From assembly GCA_002633005.1 (NCBI GenBank), contig NMRA01000254.1, forward strand, positions 89,959-153,958: a stretch of 64,000 nucleotides of DNA, given 5' to 3'. This DNA is from Phoronis australis. Lineage: Eukaryota; Animalia; Phoronida. The first letter of the stretch is position 1. Each line of letters starts with the position of its first letter. Below the pieces are notes generated by a model. That model was not told the origin of the DNA, ran no database searches, and saw nothing but the letters and a program-made list of their open reading frames with translations. A program made the translations under genes and the position numbers. This document shows, one piece after another, positions 13,101-28,100 of the stretch.

Positions 13101-16100
13101 TTTTAATTTCTGGATTTTGCAGTGTCTGAGAGTGCGTAATTTGACTCGAGGTAATTAACCGTCTTACATTTTGTGTGACACAAAGGAAGTCATCGATTGT
13201 CATATTCAGCTATGCTGTGATTTAATGATTCTTAATTTATGTTTTGATATTTTTAGAAATCCAGTCACTGGCGAAGAGATACAGATCGTCGAAGCCATGG
13301 AAAAAGGTTTGATTCGCATGGAAATGGTCGATACCAGTACAGTTGTAGAGTCAGAAGGTCAGAATGTTGTCCGACGAGAAATTAAGAGAACAGCTAATTC
13401 TGCTGAAGAACAATTGGAAACTTTTGCAGAAACCATTCCGGTCACGGTTCGCTATCAAGTGGTCAACGTGCGGGATCCGAGGACAGGGGCTGATCTGTCG
13501 CCCGAGCAAGCGGTGAAGACAGGTGTGATCAACAAGGATAAGTTGGTGTTTGTGAATCCAGTCACAAGCGAGGAACTACCTCTTGAGGAGGCGTGTCGTC
13601 AAGGTTTTGTTGACCTGGTCTCGCTGGACGAGGCAGCTGAACAAGTGTTGGGAGAGGAGAGTGAGTGTATAGTAGAGGTGTCCACCGAAGTGGTCACTAC
13701 ACCCTATGTTGTGGACAGTGTGATTGATCCGAGGACTAAATATGAGATTTCTCTCAGTGAGGCTAAGCGAATAGGTATCATCGATGAGAAGAATGGTTTG
13801 TATAAGAATCCGCGTACCGAGGAATCGATCAGCATCAAAGACGCCATAGAGAAGGGGGTGGTTAAGTGTGCCCCGGTAGAGGAAGGTACAGAGGTACCCG
13901 AGGAGTGCATCCTACCGGTAAGAGTACAACAACAGAGGGAGCAGCGGTTCTACCTCCCTCTTGTCTCCAGCCCGTCTGACCCGAGCGAGGCAGCAATGAT
14001 GGCTCTCTTGGACCAGATGAATGGCGACCCACGTGGTGTGAGGACCCCTCAGTCTGATGACGATCTTACTTTAACCGAAGCGGGGCAGAGTGGCGTCCTT
14101 AAGTATGATGCGCTGGAGTACATTGACAGTAATGGTGAACCACTTCTTATCCAAGAAGCTGGTGCACTGTCTTACATCAAGCCTGATTCGTTAAAAAATA
14201 TCCTGGATGCTTACGAGACCTTATCGCTTGGGAAGTTGATTGATGACGGTACAATTGATCCCGTAACTGGAATGTTTAGGACACCCAATGGTGATATGGT
14301 GCCTATAGGAGAGGCCATAGCTAGTGGACTGCTTGATCCTAATTCAGTATTTGTGTATGATCCCAGTACTGGCAAACCCACCAGTCTTGCTCACGCAATT
14401 GATAGTGGACTGTTTAACCCTGTCACAAACTGTTTTGTGGACGAGGAAAGTGGCAAAGAACTATCCATTGCTGACGCTATTGCTAACGGTTTAGTCGAAC
14501 CGATGATTCAGGCAGAGAAACTTTCAGACCAGGCTGCCATGTTGGCCGTTCTTTTGCCTCACTGTGATCCAGACAACCGATGCATCACACTGCCTGATAC
14601 AGATGAAGAACTTACAGTTAAGGAAGCCATTTTGGCTGGAGCTCTCCACATTGGAACAATGGAGCTCTCGAACTCGGAAACGGGTACAACTGTGCCCCTT
14701 GCTGATGTTCAAAAGCAAGACTTAATCGATCCAAAGGCTCTGAAGGAAATCTACCAAGCTCTTGCCGCTTCTTCACTTGGTAATGCCATCGACAGTAAAG
14801 AGATTGACCCATTAACTGGGTTGGTTTGCCATCCTGAAACTGGGGACAAATTGTCAGTAGCTGAAGCAATTGGACAGGGTATCATTAATCCAAGCACAGT
14901 ATTTTTTGTTGACGAGACTTGCCATCAGGTTGCAAGCTTGGCGTCCTTCATTGGTAAAGGTGCCTTTGATCCCAACTCGGGGTGTTTCGTTGACCCCAAG
15001 GATGGACGTCCAATGAGTATGCAGGATGCTATAGATAGTGGACTTATCAATCCATATATCGACCCGGCAGAATTTGTTGAGGAGAAATTCAAGTTGAAAG
15101 ACCTTTTGAACCAGGGTGTGGTGTCTAATGATTCTGGATTTGTCACTCCTGATGGAGAAAAGATGTCTCTTGCCGAGGCTTTGGAGAAGGATTACGTGAC
15201 CCCCATCTCCTTGGTGAAGGTTGATCCCAACACTGGCATGGTAGTGTTGGCTGATGAGGAGCCAGTGGCTACGACTCTGAAACAGGTCAACGAAGATCTC
15301 TCTTGGCTGGCAGAGTTGGAGAACAAAATGGCTGCCCAACCAGCAGCACAGGATGAAGTTGACGGTGTCAAGAGCTTGCTTTTTGAGAACGAGGTATGTT
15401 TCTCTGGTTTTATAGTGCATCACGTGTGCTCAGCCAGAATGCAATTAAGATAGTGTATTGTGTTGGAACGTATAATTTGTTTCAGTAGTGGGTGATATTT
15501 TGTTTTCTTTAATTGCATCTGTTCTTGTTAAGTTCCTTATGCTGTTGTTGTTGCAGTGAAATGTCTAAGTGCAAATAATGGGAATTACGATTTCTGATTT
15601 TTTCATGTCTCTTCTGTTAGAATTTTGTTTTCCTAAATTTTATGACACATTTTGCTGATGAAAGAACCAGAATGTGTTTCTTATCAGTTGTCCAGCAACT
15701 AAATTTTCTTTAACAAGTCTAGAATGGAAATTAACCACTCGACAATTAGTAATACCTCAGATTTAGTCACAATGGTCCTCCTTTCATTCCTGGCTAAAAA
15801 TCTTGTTAAATTGTTTAATTTGTAAACTAAAGATTTTACGAAAGTTGCTATGTTGAGGTTCATTGCCATCTGTTCTATTGTCAATTTGTGCTATATTTAG
15901 TATATCTCATAGCAGTTGTGTTTACAATTGTATATGGTTTCTGTATTACCAAGCAGAGGTTTATCCACCCTGTTTGGCAGTTTGTTGAGTTTAGTGGATG
16001 TACCAAATACATGCTCACTGCACTATAACAAGATAGGCTATTGTCTGATGTGATGAGTCCAGTCACTGATTTCTTCCTCTCAGAAATTACTCGACGAGTT

Positions 16101-19100
16101 CAGCAAGAAAGAAGCTGAGATGTCACGTGACATCGAGAATGCTTTGGGTACTGTGGAGGAACGGAAAAACGCAAATCTTCTGGAGGACGAGGAGAGACAG
16201 TTGAATCGTCTGAGGTTCGGTGCCAACGATCTCAAAGTTCGACAGGATGCTGTAAGTTTGTCGTCTCAGCCTGCTACTGTTACTTGACGAGATTTCGGGA
16301 ATAGACACGCCGAACCTTTGGTTTTGCTTTGAAATATGATATTTTTGGTATTTTGCAGACAATTTCTTCCACTAGAGTCACTGTATCTTGGGATTGGGTT
16401 TGTCTGGTGGGACTGAATAGTCACACAGTCAATTTCGTTTTCTTTTTTGTCTTTTTCTGATTGAGCACGGGCTTTGTTGCAAGAGTATAGTACTGTTGTG
16501 TATTAGTAACAAAAAATGTGGTTACAGTCCTCGTGTAGTGTTGGACAAATAGCCCAATAGTTTCATTCACAACCAGTTATTTTAGGTGTAAGTGAAATTG
16601 GCTGTCTGATGGGTAATAGTGTTCGTTCTGTTGTTTTGGACTATTCTGTATTTCTCGACTAAATCTTATTTTAATCAGTATGGTAAAATGTCCATACGTA
16701 GTTAAGAGCGTCCACAATTTCTCAAAACGTTGTCTGATGGTTGCTTTGATATTGAACTTTAAAATGATAATTAAAGTATTTACTCATATTTTACTTGGTG
16801 TTACTTTTTAGACTAAAAAGGAAATTACAGATGTCTGCCATATCGTGTCCTAAATGTGTTAGATTTTGTTGAAATGAAGTGATCTGTTTGTGTTGTACAG
16901 GCGAGGAGTCAGCTCGAAGATCAACAGAACAGGCTACAGGACATGACCGACAATCTGGTCACGTTTGAAGACGATGCAGAGAAATTTTCTGATTGGCTGA
17001 AGGAGGCTGGAAAGAAGGTCTCCCAAATGCGAGCCGAGAACACAGATGAGCTGAAGGAGCAGGCTGAGTCACTGAAGGTAAATCACTTAATTCTTGCTTG
17101 GGGCATTTACGGTTATTCACACTGTTTGAAGGTGCCACTCGCAGAACTGTTGATGAGACTACGACGATAATTGATCTTTGACTAGAGCGATTCCTTCACT
17201 GAGGATTTCTTTCTTTCTACGGAAGGCTGAGGTGATGTACTTTGGGTGAAGGTCATTCAAAGAATTTCTCTCAATTCCACAAACAGTCTGTGAACATAGC
17301 CTCTGATCACAGACCACCTGATCACAGACCACCTGATCATAGGTCAAGTCAGCAGCACTATCTGTTAATTATAGACAGTAAGTTAAGTTAATGATAATAA
17401 ATTTTGTCACAGTATCAATCTTTGAACTCCTTTCTGTCGATAGCACGTCATTTCATTAAATGCAGGAATGCTAACCTGCGAAGTACGAAACCTCTTAGTA
17501 ATTTTTTCATTTATCTACCAAAAGATGGCTCTGTATGTTTCTTTGTGAATTGGCCGAATATTAAACTGAGTATTTAAGGTCAGTCTTTTTCCTGGTATAA
17601 TGTGGACTTTTGCTGTGAGCCTTGGTTGAGAACCAAACGAAAGTCTGGATTTCTGTCACATTCACTGGTTCAGAACCATACAAAGTCTTGCCTTTCTATC
17701 ACATTCACTGGTTCAGAAGCAAACAAAGTCTTGCCATTCTATCACATTCACTGGCTCAGAAGCAAACAAAGTCTTACCGTGCTATCACATTCACAGCAGT
17801 CGCTTGTGTTAGTGCTTTGCAAACACATCACTATAGCACTTTTTTTTTTCAAAGAAGTTGACGAAACAAACTGATTGTGACCAAATTTCAAGGGGTTTGC
17901 TTTACCCATTTGAATGTATTCGCTATACCTTTTAGGTGGCTAGATGCATGAGTTTCGACAAAACTCAATCTTTTTTACGAAAACTACTGTAATTCCAACA
18001 GCATGGTAAACTCTTAACGAATTTCGGACAAAAATTGTTGTCTAAAGTAGCCTTTTTCAGTTTTGAAAGGCATCTATTGCTGCGATTACCCATAATTTCT
18101 CGAAACTTTAAAATGTGTTGCTGCCTATATTTTGTGAGAAAAATGAAAAAAAAATGTCTGTGTCCTAAATTGAGAAGATTTTACCACACTGCATCATGTC
18201 TGTTTGGTATTACACCCTGGCTTGTCTGTTTGGTATTGCACTTGTCACGGCATTGGTGTATGATTCACCATTTCACGCTACTACTAGGCACTGGCTGAGG
18301 AGATTGCTGCACATGAACCTCAACTAAGCAAACTTCATCATGACGGAAGTCAATTGAAGCAGGATGCCAAGGTTAGTTGCAGCCATTTTTTATGTCGACT
18401 GGAAGCTAGTTGTATGAGCTTTTGAATACCGTTTGAAGTACTTGCCATGTTCCCAGCACTTAAGGTTGTATAGAACCCTAGAAAAATGTGGAAATAAGGC
18501 TAACCTCAGAACATAATATCTCGCAAATGGCTGGGATCGTATTCATATGAAACTTTCAGATAGTATATGCTTTATGCACTATTTTCCGAAATGCTGTTGG
18601 GCATTGTTTTTTAAATGTTCCATTGCATGTGCAGCTGTCAAAAATAGGACTTTGATGACTTTCACAATGAAAACAAAACGATATTTTAGAAAACTGAAAT
18701 CTCATCTTGAACAATCTGAGTAAGGATAGTTTTTTAGCAAAAAGTTCCGGTTTATTGGCCTCTTAACCTTATTATTCTTATTAACTTTGCCAGATTTCTA
18801 GATAAAAATATTCAGGTCTTGAAGGTTTTAAGTGTTCAAATCATCAGTTGGAAATCGAAACTGATATACACTTGGGTAGAGATCAGCGTCTCTGCTGGAG
18901 CTTCAGGCTGTGTCGTATGTAATTGCAATAAAAGTAGCTCAGTCAGCAATATACATTTAATAATAACTGTTCATTTTTGTTGGGTATTCCTGGCTCAGCT
19001 CAAAATCTATGTGGTAAAAGCAGATTCCATTAAAAACATTTTGTACTTGCAGGAGTATGATGAAGTGAAGGCGAAGTTTGCCGAGAGCCTTCCGACTCCT

Positions 19101-22100
19101 GTATCAGAAGTCAAACGCGAACCTCTCACCAAGATAGACAGCACGCTTGACTGCCTCCAGGGCAACTTTGATAACCTGCTGGCTGAGTGTAGCGAGGTCA
19201 TGTCCGACTTGAATGCCCTCGCGAGAGCAAAAGCAGAATTTAACAAATTAGCACAGCAATTGGAAAACTCTGTGCCTCTAACAGAAGAGAAGATATCGGA
19301 GGTCGTGAATGAGCCGGTCTCTGCTAGCAGTGAGGTACTTAATGCTCAACTGGATAACATACGTGATATTAAAGGTAAGTACTTCACTGGGTTCTGTGCT
19401 TTGAAAGTACATCTCATTAGGCTTGTACATTCTGATGCCCAGTATTTGGTACATGACAAAAGTAAAGCTTTGTGTTCAGAACTCACTCGCCTATAACGGA
19501 GTTGTGTGCATTGAATATTTGCCCCTAAAAGATTATGAATTCCGTGTCAAAATTAATGAATTTTAAATTTGCCATGAACTCACCTGCTTACTTTTGATTT
19601 GGAGCACGGGTCTTGATGTTTTCATTACTCGGATTGGATGTAATTTTTGTAGTATCTTGGCAAGAAGTGCTATTACTGGAGTTGAGGCCCAAGGAGTTAG
19701 CATGACTCGGNTAGCATGACGGGAGGGGGGGGTATCTTGGGCGTTTGAACTTGAAGGTGGCTTCATAACTGCTTCAAATGCAGGCCTGATAGGATCAAAT
19801 GGATTTCCAAGCACATGATCTTGGAATTCTAGGTTGGAATTTTGGATCCAGTTTTGTGCTGTTGCAGGTGAGATTGCGGATGAGGTGAAACACCTCGAAG
19901 ATCTGAAGAAAGCTGGAGAGGGTGTGAAGCAGAAACTTCAACAACGCGGTACGTGCGGACACTATGAAATATTTATTGTACATTGAAGCAATATGGTAAA
20001 AAATCTTCAATTTGGGATGGTCTTTAGATTGTGGGACACCGATATTCCAGCAGAGATTGAATTTTCTTGATTCTGAAGATTGGAACATGGGCAGTTTGGT
20101 GCTCATCATATTTCTCAAATTGTGAATGCAGCATTTTGTATTGACAGAGTCTGAAAATAGACTTGAGGCTTAATTTTGCCATATTTCTGGCAATTCAAGC
20201 TAATGTTTCACCTATCCAAATTTGAGAATTTTTACCGTGTGCTCAAAATTATAAAATAGTCTGGTGTTCAAGGGCATCTATTAAATGGTAATCTGGTGTT
20301 CAAGGGCATCTATTAAATGGTAATCTGGTGTTCAAGGGCATCTATTAAATGGTAATCTGGTGTTCAAGGGCATCTATTAAATGGTAATCTGGTGTTCAAG
20401 GGCATCTATTAAATGGTAATCTGGTGTTCATGGGCATCTATTAAATGGTAATCTGGTGTTCAAGGGCATCTATTAAATGGTAATCTGGTGTTCAAGGGCA
20501 TCTATTAAATGGTAATCAAGTGGCGTGCTCATCACACTCCAATTGAACATCCAGATATTAATTTGCACACATTGAAATTGCGATCTTATGAACATATTTT
20601 TTCTGCTGAAATAATTCTGCGAATATAAATGCGCAGAAATCAAGCGCTTCAAAAGAACTTATTCACTCGAAGATTTGAGTTTTTACTATTCGCTTGTCAC
20701 TCTACCATTTGCATTTTTGTGAACTAACGAACTGAAGCATTCACTTGGCTGATTGGCTGGTATTCGGGTCACTAGGTCATTAGGTAAAAAACTAAGATTA
20801 CAAGATGGCAGACGATTTGATAAGTCATTGTTAGAGGAAAGTAAATAGAAGCGAAATATAACCAGTAAGACTGTTAAACATGTCAAAGAAATTTGATTTG
20901 GTTGGTACTAACACACTGAACAAGAATTTTCATCCCATTTTGATTTATATCCATTTAACTAAGTAGTGAAAAGCCCTTCATTGGACCTTCAGCTGGGTAC
21001 TGAGTTAAATGTAGATGCCATTTCTGAATTATTTCAGGTGCCGACAATCAGTTAGCTGATGTTGATCAAGTGGTTGATGACTTTGACGCCAGAATTGATG
21101 AAATGCAGGACAAAGTCAAAAACAAAGAAGCCGATCTCAATGCCATCATTGTGCAGAACCAAGATGCCAGCGATAATTTAGACCGGATGTTGGACTGGGC
21201 ATTGACTGCCGGGCAAGACATCGACACCATGTCCCCCATCAGTCTAGATCCAGACATACTGAAGCAACAGCTTCGCGACCACAAGGTTTTACAGTCCGGC
21301 CTTGCCACACAGCTTAACAACTTGCCAGCTGTCGCAGAGAAGGCCAAGGACGTCCCTGGTGTCCACGAGAAAGTTGCTGACCTCGGCAATAAGTTAAAAG
21401 GTGTGGAGGAAAAACTACAACAGAGAGGGCTAGACTTGGACGACAACGCCGAGAAGATGAAAGAACTGCAGGAGGCTATACAAGACGTGGAAACGTGGAT
21501 TGCTTCTGCTGTAGGGGCACTTAAGACTGCAGCCACCGCCCCGGGGCTAGGGTCCCTGAAGGACGAAATTGTTGAGCTCCATCAGCAGAAACTGGCCAAG
21601 CAGCCAGTGATGGACAAAGTGAAGTCCGTAGCAAGAGAGCGAATCAACTCACCTAAGACGGGAGATAAGAATGCCATGAGGGAACAACTGGCCGACATTC
21701 AGGGCAAGTGGAATGACGTCGCCGACATGCTAGTAGAAGTTATCTCCAGTGAGGTAGGACATGATTACTAAGCGGAGAACCAAAGCAATAGAAATGAACT
21801 GAACTTAACAAACAGTACTTCTTTGACATCCATTACTCATTATTTCTTTTTTTATTCTTTCATGTCGAGGAATATTTATTTCTTGTTCTTACAAGATGTT
21901 CGTACACATACCCAGTGTCATTGGATCTCTTCTGAGTGAAGAGAATTTTGAAGTTTTGTTTAAATTATGTGCAGTTGATTAGTTGAGAAAGTAGTGCACG
22001 TAATGTACAACCTTCAGGTATTTTGTGCTTACATTTACTGAATGGAGATGAGGGATAAGGAGTTGGTTTTTATGGATTCAAGAACTGGTCAGCGATGTCT

Positions 22101-25100
22101 AGCGGTGACGGGGGGGGGGGGTGAGCTTCAACAATTTGTAATCGATGACTGAAGACTGAGTATCAGTCACAATCAAAGCACGTTGTTTTTGTAGAAACAC
22201 TCTTGTGTCTAATTTGGACTCTGAGCTTGTGTCTTCTACATAGTCTTGACGTGTTTGATATGCCAGTCCAAGCCATTTGTGATTCGCTTGTGTGTTAGAA
22301 AGAATTTACTTTCGAAAAATTACATAACGCGTTCTTTACTCCACTTTAGGCCAGCAGAGATATGGATGATTTCATTGAATACCTGGACAAAGCTGAGGCC
22401 CACCTTCTTCAAGCTGACCCAGTCAGTATTGATCCGGAAACTGTGGCCGTCCAGGTGCAAGAACACAAGGTCAGTGAACTCTTGGGGTCATCTCCTGACC
22501 TTTATATCAAAGATCAATGTGTGTTACGTGAAATCTCACCAATTATGGGTAAAAATATTCGACAAAATTGATCTGTCATTTTTTCAAAGTCTTGTAACGT
22601 TATTATGAATGCATGCTTAATATTTTTTAGAACATTATCTGATGGTAACTGTGGTCTAGAATTTATGAATAATAAAGCTTTTATTTGGTGCTACTTAATC
22701 TTATACGAAAACAAAGAAATAAAAAATTCACTTGTCTGCCATATAGTGTCTTAAATTAGTGAAATATTACTGTTGATTCTTAGGGCTATTGTACTGTTCT
22801 GAACAGAATGGGTTGGAATCTCATGAAAAAATTAATCTGCTAAAACTCAAATAGAGCATAGTTATGATGATGTTTAGTGTGCTGTTTTCATTTGTGGTGT
22901 ATGTAAACGCGATGTTGTGTGTGTGAAAAAGAACTAATTTCAAGATGCATGCAAGTGGTGTCAGTGCTGTGCGTCTCAAGAAAGTCTTCATTCATTGTGT
23001 TCTAGTCATTTGATGAGGAACTTCTTGACAAAACGGACAGAATGAGAGACGTGATCAAGCAGTGTAACTTGTTGCTACGGGAAACTGCCAAGGAGGAGTC
23101 AGAGAACACCAAGAACAAGCTCGAACACATCCGAGGTCATGCTGACCGCGTCTGCAAGCTGAGTGCTGATAGGTTGAGAGTTCTAGAGGAGGCGTTGCCC
23201 CTGGTGTCTTCGTTCAATGAGACACAAGGGGACTTGTCCACTTGGCTGCAGGAAATTGAGGCAGAGATCCAACATCAGGATCACCCGGCCCAGGCAGCAG
23301 ATGAGATCAAGAAACAAGTGGATCAGGTCAAGGTAAGGAATAATACTATTTATTAGACCTTAAAACACCTTTGAACATGTATACCATTTTTGCCATGTAA
23401 CCACATTTTCACCATGGTTTTCCTTAACAACACTGCATGTCACCTTATTTTGTAAATTCCAGTTCTCAAATATAAGAAAGTGGAGAACAAGAGATTTTCT
23501 CATGTTTATTTGTACCACAGACTTTATAAGTCTCATAGTCCCAGTGCGCTAACTAGTTACTCCATCCACTGTGTGTAGACATGTAACAACGCCATTCCAG
23601 TCCAATTGTTCTCAGTGCAAAATGACAAGCTGTTAGTTCCATCGTATTGAATTTTCTGTGTAACAATGTTCTGTTTGTCAGTTTCGTCTCAACACAAACC
23701 CTTTTTAATTGTCGTGAGAGGTGAGTTCGTGCCAATTTCCAAGTGAGAATCAAAGTAAAAAGCATATGTTTGGTTCTGGTCTCTGTTTTTTGATAGTTGG
23801 TGTGGTAGTATAATATTTTTAGAAGCACATTTAAAAAAGTCATCTGATCTAACCTGAAATGGTGAGATTTTTTACCTAGCTCCAGTGGTCCAGTGACGCA
23901 GTTGGCTGTGCTCCAGTCGACCGTAGTGAAAATCATTGTCAAGTAGTTGACAAGCCATTTTTATTAAAAACCAACCGTAGATCAGTTGTACCTCGAAGAA
24001 AAGAACTGCACTAAATATGAAGCGGGTTGACACTTGTTTTTTCTTTATACAATGAGACGCAAATTTAAAATGAGTCAGGCCCAGACTAGAACTGATGCTA
24101 CTTTCGTTGACCCGAGTAGTCGGATTCAAATGTCAGCATTTTTGACTTGAAAATCGCTGAGGCTAGGATCCCAGCTCAGCGAATCTAACTGACTTCACAA
24201 CGCAATCTCGATCAAGTTTTTGTATTTCCATCGTTCACCTTTTAGCAAAGTCTGCGTTTTATTGACGACCACAAGCCACTTGTTGAAGACCTTGGTAATA
24301 CAGGCCGGGAACTGATTAACCTCTGTTCTGAGGAAGAGGGCGCCACCATCAAGTCGTCTCTGTATGATGTCAACACGCATTACGGGGACGTGCGGAATGG
24401 GATACGACAGAAGATCAACGAACTAGAGGAAGCGTTCCGAGCGGCTACTACTGAGGTGAGTAATTTAGTGTGGCAAAGGGGGGCATCGCACGGATGGAAA
24501 CTTTGTAGCCAATGACAACTCTTTGTGCCAACAGAAAACCTGGAAAATGGCAAGAATGGGAAACTAGTGGTAGCGATGAAAAAAATTATAATTTGGGGAA
24601 ATTCGTATAAAGGTAAATCATATTGTTAGTCACATTGCCAGTACAGTGGCTCTGAATCCAGATCTATCTAAGCTCACAAGCTGTTATATTGGCCAATGTA
24701 TTTCAGAATGCTAGGAACATGACATAGTCATGCTGGTTGTCTTCTCAGGTTTCCTCGCTTCATTTTGATGAACTCTTCATAATGCTGTCTGCCTACTGGC
24801 TACAGTAAAATCTCACCAATTGTGGACAAAGATAATTGACAAAATTACTCCCGCCGTCTTTTTTCAGTTTGGAAGGACTTTTAACATCATAGAGAATGCA
24901 CACATTTTCTCCAAAATATCTGATGGTTGCTGTGGTACAGAACTCGAACAAGGAAAAGCATTTCGGTGCAACGTATGTTTATAGAAAAATGGAGAAATCG
25001 AATGTTCACTTGTCTGCCATATTGTATGGCAGGGGCAGATCCAGGATTTTGAGTTGGGGGGGCAGGTCAGAGTATTAGCCAGGATTTTGCTGGTCAGACT

Positions 25101-28100
25101 TTCACACCCCCGATCTGCTAAATGTGATTTGGGAGAATTTTAGGGGGGGCATGGCCCATTTGGTCCCCGTCTAAGTGTGTGGTGAGATTTTATCTTAGAT
25201 GCAGTTGTTCTTGATTCCTTATTGCTTCCAGCTGCTTTTGCTTTGGCTGTATGTAGTAGTTTACTGTGACATGTAGATGAATAAAACCCAATTTAATTAT
25301 GGATAAAGGTACCATACGAATATGATCTGATCCCGAGGGCGCTATCAGGTTGCCTATGAGCTGAGGGCAACAAATGTTTTCTGATGTCCTTAATAGCTTG
25401 TATCCTGGGGGTTCAGTCTATATTAGTTTTATTGAATGACCACCGATGCGTCTTTTGATTTCTTTGTTTCTTAATGGCATGATTTTAGCTGGTTTGATGT
25501 ATCCACATCGTCTGCTTGCTTTGTTTACAAGGTCGGAGATTTATGGTTTCTACAGCATGGCGATCTCTGTTGTCTGGTCGGCTTGCATGCAAAGTGAATC
25601 TTATTAAATGGCTACTAGTCGGTCAACATCACCTCATAACAGTTCAGTCATATAGTGTTTTAGCTAATCAGAGGACACTATCAACGGTCGTTAAGTGTGA
25701 TTCAAGTGTATGCGTGCATGTTCATTCCTCATAGGATGCTTCCAGAATTTGTTTTAGAACCATGCAAATGTGCAAAACTTGAAAACATGTGTTATTATAT
25801 AATTCTAATATTTATGTGTTTTATTAAGGAGTTGCTTCCAGTTAAAATCCATTTCTTTTCATGCGCATTATGTGACTCAGAATGTATGCGACTCGAGGCA
25901 TGTCTAGTCTTACTGTTATGTAAGGAAAAATTGTGCGAGGGATATGCTTGGTTTTTAGTTGGTTCAGCATTTCAAGAAGTTAATTGTTGTGGCATTTGTC
26001 AAAGCGTCTAACTGGTAACAATCAGCTGTCATCACCAGTAGAAATAAAAAATTTGAAATGGTGCGCACCTTGTCATAGGAACTCTGCCGTGCCCTTTTGC
26101 TAGTATTTCATCCAGGTCTCTTCCTGCACTGCATAACACAAATCCTATTGATCAAATTGCCAAATCCTATTGATCAATGCAGTGCCCCAATAATGTACTT
26201 CCCTGACCAGGCCCCAAGTATTGGATCATTTCATTCAAAGGATGTGCACTTAATCTGGTCTCAACGGTTTACACATGACCACATCTTGTCCACAATTGCC
26301 TCTCAAGGGACCCTGAGCTCTTGTGTTCTATTGATTGGTGCAACGGCTCGGCTCTTAGTGGGGAAAATCAGTGGAGTTGTGGTGGAATGATTGGTCTGGT
26401 TGATTATTATGTAGCTTTACCGTTTTTAGTGATTAATGCTGTGAAATTCGGTTGAAATTTACTGTGTCAGGTATGTACGATATCACTTGTTTGTCCACCC
26501 AGGGCGTGTTATTTAGATTTCAAAAAACATGAATTTTGCTGTTGACTTAAAAAAGATGTCGATTATTAAGCATTTAACGATACGCAATAAAACTTGCCGT
26601 CAAGCTGTGGTAAAGTTGTGTCAAGAACTTAGAAAGAGGTCATGTCAAGGGTCATAAGGTTATGCAGGACCATAGTGAGGAGTCTGCAGGTTTAGCCAAA
26701 TATCTAAATACATAAACCATTGTGAAATAAATTCTCCGTTGTCTCCTGAAGTCATGTTAAAATATATTATGTAAGCTCACTTACTAGGGGAGGAGTGCGA
26801 ACGTTTCAGCCGACTACGATCGGCTTTCGTCAGCTTGAGGTGCCAGTGGCAGTAATATTCTTAAACAGTAGTTGGTTGTGCATGAGGTAAGTTGACACCT
26901 AGGTCTTGGTTCAACGGTGGGGGGGGTCTTGAGTACGAATCTTTATAGACTCCTTGATCTTCCGTGAGTGCCAATTACAACTGCCATAACGTTGGCGTTC
27001 TTCATGGAGACGGAACGGCCACTCATAATCATGTGTTCACTGACAGCTGTAGGTTTATCTTGTTTCTTATGTTCGTTAAGTCTAGTGTCCATATTACTTC
27101 TGGTCTCTCCTGTGTGTTTGTGTGCGAGAGGGTCTTGGTTACACTAGATTAATAAATAACACAAGATTGTTTGCCAACAGATGTCAGTTAGTTCCTAGGT
27201 TTGCTAGCGGACTGAATAGAATTTTGTTTACACTTCTGTGGTTAGATTAATTGCCTGCGGGAATTGGATTTATAATGTCTAGGTTAGCCTTGACCTTAAA
27301 TTATCGCTGAGTTGGAATCAGCATTGTGCCATGCAAAGATATTTAACTTTTCCTAAGAAGTGTGAAGGAGCAAACCTTCCCGTTGAATCCTGAATGGACT
27401 TCTATAGTTATATTGACGACTTTATGCTATAAGATATATGTTATTATTAGGCGTAATCTGGTCAGAATTTATCAAGATCATGTTGTTTTGTAATTACTGA
27501 TATCGTATTAATTAACGGCGCTGTTCAATTTGGTACTTATATGGCTTGCTAGTAGTGTTATCCATAACGGATCAATACAGCTTGCACGCTGCATTAGTTC
27601 TAATGTAGAAGAGGGCAAGTTGATAAAGGCTGTACTGGAGGCAATAGACCTGGCAATGACTTGGGTATTCGATTATCTCCGTATGATTGTGTGTAGTTTG
27701 CACCATTAGTCACCACTGCTCCAAGCTCTGGGTGCAGGTTCATCGACAGTTTGTCTTTTTGTACTAAAACACTGGTGTAAGTGTGGTTTGGAAATACCGG
27801 TATTTTTGGACGTTAATGTACGTTTGGTGTTGTTTTTATTAAGTTATGTGTAACAACGTCTAGAATATTTATCTCTGCTTTAAAATGTGAAGGAAACACT
27901 CAAATGAATTAACATCATGGTGACAAATCTAGTAGCTTGTTGCATTCAATGAACTCTCTTGTAAAGTTAGACATTCAGTGCCAGCTCATTGTGGTATAAT
28001 ATCAGTTTATTCCAGACACAAACTAGTAATGTGCTGTATGAGACTTTTCTATATGTAGTTGTCAAAGGTGTAAAGTACTAAAATTTATTCTTAGGAGAAT

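Noticed and set aside
14524-15423. Minus-strand ORFs overlapping the large exon (likewise 21066, 45985, 48097)
   Set aside because: Antisense shadows of coding exons with no recognisable motifs.
17640-17796. CRISPR-like array or repeat-protein ORFs (17602, 17622)
   Set aside because: A 43-bp minisatellite; the ORFs are by-products of the repeat.
19697-19720. tagcatgac direct repeat around an N
   Set aside because: Most likely a small contig-join overlap at the N (19711).
20260-20515. CRISPR array (32-bp repeats)
   Set aside because: The repeats are head-to-tail with no unique spacers, the context is a eukaryotic intron, and there are no cas genes.
24153-24190. Helitron 3' hairpin plus CTRR
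   Set aside because: A hairpin (tcgctgag..ctcagcga) exists, but I found no second copy or 5' end to support the call.
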